Position numbers and translations under genes: made by a program. The notes beneath the pieces are model-generated. The model worked only from the letters and a program-made list of their open reading frames with translations, was not told the origin of the DNA and searched no databases. A stretch of 64,000 bases of DNA from Candidatus Komeilibacteria bacterium RIFOXYD1_FULL_37_29 (GTDB lineage Bacteria; Patescibacteriota; Patescibacteriia; UBA1558; GWA2-36-10), in NCBI GenBank assembly GCA_001818495.1, contig MHKS01000005.1, positions 12,288 to 76,287 of the forward strand, written 5' to 3'. Below, in pieces: positions 57,056-64,000 of the stretch; positions within the stretch are counted from its first letter, which is position 1; each line of letters opens with the position of its first letter.

Positions 57056-58003
57056 TAGATCATTAATCATTTTAGCAAAGAGTACTCTTTCCTGATTAGT
57101 GCTGGACTTAAATTTTTCGTCAATATATAAAAGATATTTATAGATAATTTTTAATTGAGGCAATGTATATAATTTGCTTTGCACATAAGTTTTTTCGGCC
57201 ACTATTTTTGGTATTTTTAGAACTTGCATCAGGGCAAAGTAGTTTTTGGCTTTATCTCCCAAGGCCTTGGTTTTGATGATTAGTCTATATTGACGGATAA
57301 TCATCGTCAGGATGTACTGATGATTCACTCCGCTGTTTATTTTTTCTTCCATTAGTCTTAGAGCCAGAGATTTGTCTTTGTTACCTAAAGCGTCAATTAA
57401 ATTGAAGATATTGTCGTCTATTTTAGCTTGGACCAATTCTTTAACTTCTTTGGCTCCTATTTCTCCGCTAGCAAAGTTACTTAATTTATTTATTTCTTGA
57501 TGCATTTGCCACAAGTTGTTGCCCACATAAGCAATTAAAAGATCCAAAGCGTTTGGGGTGATTGTTTTGGAGTTATTTACAAATTGTTTGTGGGTCCAAG
57601 ATTTTAATTGAGTTAGGTTGAGTGGTTCAAATTCCTCGCTAAATTTTATTTGGGATAATTTTTTATAAAGTTTTAAACGGGTGTCTGGCTTGTCGGTTTG
57701 TAAAAAAACAATATAATTTTCGTCCTGGCTGTCTTTTTGGTTGTTTAAAAATTTTAATAACTGCTCCTGCCAGTCTTTTAATTTTTTGTTGTGGAAAATA
57801 TTTTTTATGATAATCAATTTTTTGTCAGCCAAAAAACCCATCACAGACACTGCTTGGAAAAAATCCTCCGGTCCAATAATTTCTCCGTCGAGGACTTGGA
57901 TATTGTGTCCATGGGGATCGATTTTATCTTTAAATTTGTTTTTAATGGCCTCAACTTTTTGGTTGGCTCTAAAAGAGTCTTGGCCGTAGTAAAAAAATAA
58001 CAT
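57053..58003 (-). CDS. holA: DNA polymerase III delta subunit
   Basis: 316 aa with the delta N- and C-domains; sits 0 nt downstream of polA in the same orientation. Confidence 0.75.
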   Translation of the reverse strand: MLFFYYGQDSFRANQKVEAIKNKFKDKIDPHGHNIQVLDGEIIGPEDFFQAVSVMGFLADKKLIIIKNIFHNKKLKDWQEQLLKFLNNQKDSQDENYIVFLQTDKPDTRLKLYKKLSQIKFSEEFEPLNLTQLKSWTHKQFVNNSKTITPNALDLLIAYVGNNLWQMHQEINKLSNFASGEIGAKEVKELVQAKIDDNIFNLIDALGNKDKSLALRLMEEKINSGVNHQYILTMIIRQYRLIIKTKALGDKAKNYFALMQVLKIPKIVAEKTYVQSKLYTLPQLKIIYKYLLYIDEKFKSSTNQERVLFAKMINDL

Positions 58004-60730
58004 TTAGATAGCGTAGTTTTTTAATTCACCCCAATTTTTACCAATCTCCAAGTCAACACTTAAAGGGACCGGTAACTGATAGACTGATTCCATGGTTTTT
58101 TTGACAAATGTGGCTACTTTGTCCAGTTCCTTTTCCGGTACTTCTAAGACCAATTCATCGTGAACTTGTAGGACTATTTTAGAGCCAGGGCTTAGTTTTG
58201 GCAAGTCCTGACTGATACTTATCATAGCGAGCTTTATGAGGTCAGCGGCTGTTCCTTGGACGGGCATATTGATAGCCATGCGCTCGGCAGCGGCTCGGAG
58301 CATCGGCATAGAGGAGTTGATGTCGGGCAGGTAGCGACGACGGCCAAAAATAGTTTGGCTATAGCCGTTTTGGTGGGCAAAATTTTTGGTGTAGTCTATG
58401 TATTGTTTGATTTTTTTGTAAACATTAAAGTATTTTTCTATAAAGTCTTTGGCCTCATTGCGACTAAGGCCGGTTCTTTGAGCTAGACCCAATGATCCCA
58501 GACCGTATAAAATACCAAAGTTTATTTCCTTGGCTGTTCGGCGAATATCTTTGGTCACTTGATCTAGTTCTATCTTGTGTATTTCAGCAGCCGTGCGGGC
58601 GTGAATATCTTCTCCTCTTTGGAAAGCGGCGATCATTTTGGGGTCATTGGACAAAGCGGCCGCTAGGCGCAATTCAATTTGGGAGTAATCGGCGGACAGT
58701 AATATATGTTTGTCTGGTGCCACAAAAGCTTGGCGTATTTTTTTGCCCAATTCCGTACGGATAGGTATATTTTGTAAATTGGGGTTAGAGGATGATAAGC
58801 GGCCGGTAGCGGTAACGGTTTGGTTAAAGCTGGTATGTAGTCTATGGCTATGGCTATTTATTAATTCTGGTAAGGCTTTGATGTAGGTAGATTGCAATTT
58901 ACTGAGCTCTCGGTATTCTACTAGTAACGATATGATGGGATGGACACCTTTTAATTTATCTAGCTCGGAGGCAGCCGTTGATAGGCCGGTTTTGGTTTTT
59001 TTAATGCCGGAAACGCTTATGGCCATATCTTCAAATAGCACTTTTTTAAGTTGGGCTGGGGAGGCAATATTAAATTCTTTACCAGCTAATTTGTATATTT
59101 TTTCAGTTAATTTTTCTAGATCTTTTTTAAATTGTAGCTCCATGTTAGCTAAGAATTTTTTATCCAAACATATGCCGGCTAGTTCCATATCAGCCAAAGC
59201 GGGGATGAGGGGGATTTCTATTTTTTGTAGCAGTTCAAAATTTTTATCATTTTTCATTATTGCATAAATCTTCTCATATAATCTAAAAGTAATGTCAGCG
59301 TCTTCTGCTCCATACCAAGCCAATTTATCCGGGGCTATCTTTAAAATATCAATATCATTTTTTTTCTTGGGCTTTTCTTCCAAGAGATCTTCCAATTTTA
59401 ATTTTTTATAACCCAAATAAGCAAAGGCTAATTCTTCCAATTTTAAGCCCCGGTCATAATTGATCAGATAAGCAGCCACTAAAGTATCAAAAGATAAACC
59501 AGTCAGTTTAATATCAAGTACTCTTAAAACTTTATAGTCAAATTTTATATTATGACCAACTTTGGCTATTTTTTCATCTTCAAAAATTGGCTTTAATTTT
59601 TCTAGTACCAAATCATTAAATTTTTTATCACCCATTTGTATATAATAGGCTTCCTTGGCCTGCCAGCAAAAAGATAGACCTAGTAATTTTTTAGTCAGAA
59701 CATCTAAACCAGTGGTTTCAGTATCAAAAGCAAATATTTTTTGAAGTTTTAGCTTGGCGTAAAAATTTTTAAAAACCTCTTCATCTTTAATGATGGTATA
59801 ATTGTTATCTTGATTTTGAGAAAAAGCATTATTATTGATGTCTGACTGATTGTGAGGAATTTTATTTAGTAATGATTTAAATTCTAATTTTTGAAACACT
59901 TTATAAACATCTTCACTGTCAAATTGAGAAAACCTAGCTTCTTCCAAGGTCCAGTCCAGCGGTACATTTCTGACAATAGTCACCAGAGTCCGACTATCAT
60001 AAGCTTGTTGCTTTTGGTCTAGTAATAATTGTTTAGTTTTTTCTTTGATATCAGCACTATCGATTTTTTTGTACAAATTATCTAAGGAACCAAATTTTTT
60101 TATTAGCTCGGCGGCACCCTTTTCTCCAATACCTTTAACACCTTTGATGTTATCGGAAGTATCACCTTGAATAGCTTTTAGGTCTATCAATTGTTCTGGT
60201 TTTAGATCATAGCGCTTTTTAACAGCTGCTAAATCATAAGTAACAGTATCATTAAAACCTCTTTTGAGTGTTAGTACCTTGACGCGGTCGTTGACTAGTT
60301 GTAGAGCATCTAAGTCACCGGTAATAATAATAATTTCCAAATCTTTATATTTTTGATAGGCCTCTTGGCTAATAGTTCCAATGATATCATCAGCTTCAAA
60401 ACCAGCTTTAGTTAGAATAGGAATATTAAAAGCCGCCAAGACTTCTTTACTCAAAGGGAATTGCTCGTAAAATTCATCGGCCTGTTTAATTCGCTGGGCT
60501 TTATAGTCTTTATATTGCTCATGACGAAAAGTTTTTCCGGCTATATCAAAAGAAGCAATAATATATTCTGGTTTTAATTCCCTGAGAATATTTAAAAGTA
60601 GTGAAGTATAACCAAAAACAGCATTGACCATTAAACCGTCTTTGGTTTTGAGTGGTGGTATAGCATGCCAGGCCCGATGAAGTAGGGCGTTACTGTCTAT
60701 TATTACCAATTTTTTTAGCTTTTTAGTCAT
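58004..60730 (-). CDS. polA: DNA polymerase I (5'-3' exonuclease + 3'-5' exo-like + polymerase domains)
   Basis: 908 aa with polymerase motifs A (DYSQIELR), B (RRxAKxxNFGxxYG) and C (VHDE). Confidence 0.95.
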   Translation of the reverse strand: MTKKLKKLVIIDSNALLHRAWHAIPPLKTKDGLMVNAVFGYTSLLLNILRELKPEYIIASFDIAGKTFRHEQYKDYKAQRIKQADEFYEQFPLSKEVLAAFNIPILTKAGFEADDIIGTISQEAYQKYKDLEIIIITGDLDALQLVNDRVKVLTLKRGFNDTVTYDLAAVKKRYDLKPEQLIDLKAIQGDTSDNIKGVKGIGEKGAAELIKKFGSLDNLYKKIDSADIKEKTKQLLLDQKQQAYDSRTLVTIVRNVPLDWTLEEARFSQFDSEDVYKVFQKLEFKSLLNKIPHNQSDINNNAFSQNQDNNYTIIKDEEVFKNFYAKLKLQKIFAFDTETTGLDVLTKKLLGLSFCWQAKEAYYIQMGDKKFNDLVLEKLKPIFEDEKIAKVGHNIKFDYKVLRVLDIKLTGLSFDTLVAAYLINYDRGLKLEELAFAYLGYKKLKLEDLLEEKPKKKNDIDILKIAPDKLAWYGAEDADITFRLYEKIYAIMKNDKNFELLQKIEIPLIPALADMELAGICLDKKFLANMELQFKKDLEKLTEKIYKLAGKEFNIASPAQLKKVLFEDMAISVSGIKKTKTGLSTAASELDKLKGVHPIISLLVEYRELSKLQSTYIKALPELINSHSHRLHTSFNQTVTATGRLSSSNPNLQNIPIRTELGKKIRQAFVAPDKHILLSADYSQIELRLAAALSNDPKMIAAFQRGEDIHARTAAEIHKIELDQVTKDIRRTAKEINFGILYGLGSLGLAQRTGLSRNEAKDFIEKYFNVYKKIKQYIDYTKNFAHQNGYSQTIFGRRRYLPDINSSMPMLRAAAERMAINMPVQGTAADLIKLAMISISQDLPKLSPGSKIVLQVHDELVLEVPEKELDKVATFVKKTMESVYQLPVPLSVDLEIGKNWGELKNYAI

Positions 60731-60836
60731 AAAAAGTCATTTTTTATCTTAGTTTATCATAGCATTTTTACAGGCTAATACCAAATAGTTTAAGCTTGAC
60801 TTTATGAGTATTTATTGTATAATACTTGTGTTTTAA

Positions 60837-60913
60837 GCGGGTGTAGTTCAGTTGGCTAGAACATTTCCTTGCCAAGGAAAAGGTCGCCGGTTCGAGCCCG
60901 GTCACCCGCTCCA
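60837..60913 (+). tRNA. tRNA-Gly (anticodon GCC)
   Basis: Cloverleaf: acceptor GCGGGTG/CACCCGC, anticodon loop TTGCCAA, T loop TTCGAGC, CCA encoded. Upstream promoter TTGACT-16-TATAAT. Confidence 0.85.
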
Positions 60914-60949
60914 GTTTATTATATTAATGTAGTTATATTTAACAGTTGC

Positions 60950-61036
60950 GCCGGCGTGGTGGAATTGGTAGACACGCAGGACTTAAAATCCTGTGGCCGT
61001 AAGGTCGTATCGGTTCAAGTCCGATCGCCGGTACCA
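60950..61036 (+). tRNA. tRNA-Leu (anticodon UAA), type II with long variable arm
   Basis: Anticodon stem-loop CAGGA-CTTAAAA-TCCTG, long variable arm, T loop TTCAAGT, CCA encoded. Confidence 0.8.
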
Positions 61037-61043
61037 GAGGATA

Positions 61044-61073
61044 AAAAATCAGCTTAAGTAAAGCTGTTTTTTG
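61044..61073 (+). terminator. intrinsic terminator after the tRNA pair
   Basis: CAGCTT-aagta-AAGCTG followed by TTTTTTG. Confidence 0.6.
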
Positions 61074-61234
61074 TTATCGAAATTATTTAAGAAATTTATT
61101 ATTTTCTTCTCTAATTGTTAATGACGGCTATTTGTCTTTGTAGAAAAATTTTGTAGGGACTATTGTTGAATTTTAGTAGCTATTGTATAATATGGGTAGT
61201 TGAGCAGTAATAAATATTAATAATCCGCAGATTT

Positions 61235-62038
61235 TTGGCTGTTGTATGTCAAAATTTACGGTATAAAAATTGTATGGAAATAGTTTTCATTTTTTGGCTA
61301 ATTTTAATTATCGGTTTCTTTATCCTCATTGGCCTGAGGATTGTCGATCAATATGAACGTGGTGTAGTGTTGACATTGGGAAAATATACCGGCACTCGTT
61401 CGCCTGGCCTAACTTGGATTTTTGTTGGAATTCAACGAATGATGAAAGTAGATTTACGTATTACAACGACCGATATACCGCAACAAGAAGTTATTACCAA
61501 AGATAATGTTCCCGTAGGTATAAATGCAGTGGTTTATTTTCAAGTGCAAAATGCTGAAAATGCTCTTTTGAATATCAAAGATTATACGACAGCCGTTTCG
61601 CAATATGCTCAAGCAGCCCTTCGCGATGTTATTGGTGCTATTGAGCTTGACCCTTTGCTTTCTGAAAGAGAAAAAATTGCTGAAGAAGTTCAAAAAATTG
61701 TCAGTGCCGCTACTCAATCATGGGGTATTTTGGTTACCGATATAAAAATTCAGGATATTGAGCTACCGGCCGACATGAAGCGTGTTATGGCTAAGCAAGC
61801 AGAATCAGAGCGAGAACGACGGGCTATTATTATTAGAGCTGAGGGAGAATTTCAAGCTTCTGAACGCTTGGCTCAAGCCGCTAAAGTGCTGGGCGCTACT
61901 CCAGGTGGTCTTTCTATGAGAACACTACAGACAATAGAAAAAATAAACCCAGACCCATCAAAGACTGTAATCTTTGCTCTGCCAGTTGAGGTGTTTGAGG
62001 GTATCAAAGCAATATCTCAAACAGTTAAATCTAAGTAA
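61235..62038 (+). CDS. SPFH/Band-7 (stomatin-like) membrane protein
   Basis: N-terminal TM helix, then RIVDQYERGVVLTLGKY... and a coiled-coil tail. Confidence 0.85.
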   Translation: MAVVCQNLRYKNCMEIVFIFWLILIIGFFILIGLRIVDQYERGVVLTLGKYTGTRSPGLTWIFVGIQRMMKVDLRITTTDIPQQEVITKDNVPVGINAVVYFQVQNAENALLNIKDYTTAVSQYAQAALRDVIGAIELDPLLSEREKIAEEVQKIVSAATQSWGILVTDIKIQDIELPADMKRVMAKQAESERERRAIIIRAEGEFQASERLAQAAKVLGATPGGLSMRTLQTIEKINPDPSKTVIFALPVEVFEGIKAISQTVKSK

Positions 62039-62049
62039 TAAAAAAGCTG

Positions 62050-62994
62050 TTATTTTATCTCTTTGAGGAAAGACTCAGCTAATTGAGCAGTTTCTGCGCT
62101 AGCTTGATAAAAGTTTTTCCAGACGACGACTATATCAGCATCATTAAAAGTCGCTCGTTGGACTTCTCTTATTGTATCTCCTCCGGCGATAGCTACTAAT
62201 ATATTATAGTTTCCCTTAATTTGTTTTATTTGATAGTAGGGAATTTGTTTTTCTTTAGAAAATTCAGTCTCATCAACTCCTCTATGAAGTATTACTACAT
62301 CGGGGAGTTTTTTTAATTTTTTTAAAACAACTATCGCACTTTCAACATTCATCATATCAATCATTGAATCAACGTTGAATTTTTGGCATTCCTCTATAAA
62401 ATTATCAATTGTTTCAATCGGCGCTACTCCTAGACATGTTACGGCATTAGCGCCGGCAGTAGCCATCATTTCTACTTCGCGGGCGGCTAAGTCGGCACAT
62501 TTACTATCGGCTACTATATATGCTCCAATCGGAGCCATTGCTTTTATCCGTGATACAGCTTCCGTTCCGTATATTTTTATTAAAGGTGTTCCCGCTTCAA
62601 TTAAAATTCTATCGGAAGTCGGTAGTTGCCAAATAATTTCCCTTGCTTCTTCCAGAGTACTATTGAGGGCTACCTGAAGATATTTTTTCTTTTTTTCTAA
62701 TCGGGTTGTTTTATTGAATAATAAGCTAGGAATTTGCAACGGCATAGCAGATTTGAGGGAGCTGATTTTTTCTAAAATTGGTTGAGTATTGTTAGCTAAA
62801 CTGTTTGGTAGTTTATTTACTGTCTTTAGATAATTGGCAAAATCGGGATTTAAATATTTTAATTTTTTTCTTAAGAAAATCATAAGGGCAATTATACCAA
62901 TAAATCCCAAAATTGGATTTCTGAGCAAAATAATAATAAGACCAACAATTATTAGGACTGCTAGGTTAAGATTTCGGGGTTTTTTATTTTCCAT
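62050..62994 (-). CDS. 3-hexulose-6-phosphate synthase / KGPDC-family (OMPDC suprafamily) protein with an N-terminal roughly 100-aa two-TM extension
   Basis: The C-terminal 210 aa align with HPS (YLQVALN.., EAGTPLIK, VADSKCADLA = AD-x-K-x-x-D, LHRGVDE, AGG). The N-terminus adds two hydrophobic helices. The ATG sits 2 nt after the upstream paralog's stop. Confidence 0.65.
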   Translation of the reverse strand: MENKKPRNLNLAVLIIVGLIIILLRNPILGFIGIIALMIFLRKKLKYLNPDFANYLKTVNKLPNSLANNTQPILEKISSLKSAMPLQIPSLLFNKTTRLEKKKKYLQVALNSTLEEAREIIWQLPTSDRILIEAGTPLIKIYGTEAVSRIKAMAPIGAYIVADSKCADLAAREVEMMATAGANAVTCLGVAPIETIDNFIEECQKFNVDSMIDMMNVESAIVVLKKLKKLPDVVILHRGVDETEFSKEKQIPYYQIKQIKGNYNILVAIAGGDTIREVQRATFNDADIVVVWKNFYQASAETAQLAESFLKEIK

Positions 62995-62996
62995 AG

Positions 62997-63665
62997 TTAT
63001 TTAACCAATTTCAAAAATTCTCGCGCTAAATTAGCAGTATTTTTAGGGTTTTCATAAAAAGACTTCCAAATAACCGTAATATCAGCGTCATTAAAAAAGC
63101 TTCTCACTACATCGCGTGGCATTTCTCCACCAGCCACTGAGATTAGAACATTGCCGTAAGTGCCTTTGATGCGGTGAATTTGATCGTGTGGTATTTTTTT
63201 TCCATTTTTATTTTCATTTTCATCTACTCCGCGATGTAAAACAACTACAGTTGGAAGTTTTTTTAATTTTTGTAAAATCTCAAAGGGAAATTCTATATTC
63301 ATCATATCAACCATTGAATCAATGCCGGCTTTTTCACACTCCTTGATAAATTCATTTATAGTGGCTATTGGTGCCAAACCTAAACAAGTAGCGGCAGAAG
63401 CGCCAGCAGTAGCTACTGCCTCAACTTCCCGAGATCCCCTATCCATACATTTTAAATCAGCCACAATATAACCCGGTTTATGTATTTTTTCACTCCACCA
63501 GTTTTTTAAGGTACTGATGCCACTCTGTCCATATTTTTTAATAAAAGGAGTACCGGCTTCAATAATTATTTTTTCCGAAGCCGGAAGTAGGGTAATCATT
63601 TCTCTGACATCAGCCAGAGAACGATTAAAAGCAATTTGTAGATATTTTGATTTGCGATTTAGCAT
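62997..63665 (-). CDS. 3-hexulose-6-phosphate synthase / KGPDC-family protein (soluble paralog)
   Basis: 222 aa with YLQIAFN, EAGTPFIK, VADLKCMDRG and LHRGVDE, the same family as the downstream paralog. Confidence 0.7.
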   Translation of the reverse strand: MLNRKSKYLQIAFNRSLADVREMITLLPASEKIIIEAGTPFIKKYGQSGISTLKNWWSEKIHKPGYIVADLKCMDRGSREVEAVATAGASAATCLGLAPIATINEFIKECEKAGIDSMVDMMNIEFPFEILQKLKKLPTVVVLHRGVDENENKNGKKIPHDQIHRIKGTYGNVLISVAGGEMPRDVVRSFFNDADITVIWKSFYENPKNTANLAREFLKLVK

Positions 63666-63742
63666 AGTATTATAGATTATTATATCTAATTTTTAATAAA
63701 TTGCCCAGCCATAGTAAAATTTTAAAAAATGAATTTTACTAT

Positions 63743-63768
63743 CTAAAAAATCGTCTAAAAAGACGATT
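63743..63768 (-). terminator. intrinsic terminator downstream of tRNA-Cys (minus strand)
   Basis: On the minus strand AATCGTCT-tttt-AGACGATT is followed by TTTTTAG. Confidence 0.5.
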
Positions 63769-63822
63769 CGATTGGACCAAATCCCTTTCTACCTACCGGC
63801 AGGTAGGGGTGAAGAGTTTGGT

Positions 63823-63897
<75 letters not shown>

Positions 63898-64000
63898 TTA
63901 GGTATGCTAATTTATCAAATTATTTTACTTTAGGCAAGCCTTACAATCAGGAAAATTTTTCTTTAAACTCATTGATTTCTCGGACGAAAAAACCATAACC

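Noticed and set aside
63898-64000. Possible partial gene at the window end
   Set aside because: No convincing ORF or RNA structure in the last 100 nt; on the minus strand it contains the tRNA-Cys promoter (TTGCCT-17-TAAATT).

Overview
This looks like a low-GC (roughly 30-35%), tightly packed bacterial chromosome segment with a reduced-genome feel, possibly Patescibacteria/CPR-like; that taxonomic guess is inference only. It sits at the replication origin. On the minus strand run gdhA (partial), trxB, trxA, a CsoR-family regulator, tRNA-Arg and the rpmH-rnpA-yidD-yidC block, diverging from dnaA-dnaN on the plus strand. Perfect DnaA boxes lie upstream of dnaA, and an AT-rich box-bearing spacer lies between dnaA and dnaN. 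Downstream there is a roughly 3.6 kb GC-elevated block holding two hypothetical multi-pass membrane proteins, a U32 peptidase-ferredoxin pair and a possible small RNA. After it come ruvA, femAB-like, murE-like, rpoB, rpoC, ftsK, a rodZ-like gene and recA. Then comes an envelope/glycan cluster: a Wzx flippase, a Wzy_C-family protein, galU, a solute-binding lipoprotein, three tandem paralogous secreted two-TM pilin-like proteins and two large GT-C-like membrane proteins. After that are yebC-ruvC and a glycogen/sugar cluster with two GlgA paralogs, a GH57 enzyme, kinases, a ROK glucokinase, a GalT-like enzyme and beta-PGM. The remainder holds tyrS, PBP1A, a nucleotidyltransferase-TruB fusion, rpsT, an alkD-like gene, holA, polA, tRNA-Gly, tRNA-Leu, an SPFH protein, two tandem HPS-like genes and tRNA-Cys. 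I found no CRISPR array, transposase, integrase or recognisable defence nuclease/ATPase. The regions that most deserve a second look are the pilin-like triplet with the Wzx/Wzy_C envelope cluster around it, the GC-shifted membrane/U32/ferredoxin block with its candidate sRNA, and the CstR-like regulator with its operator ahead of trxAB. The two gene fusions and the membrane-anchored HPS paralog are also notable. All functional calls are motif- and eye-based; no searches were run.
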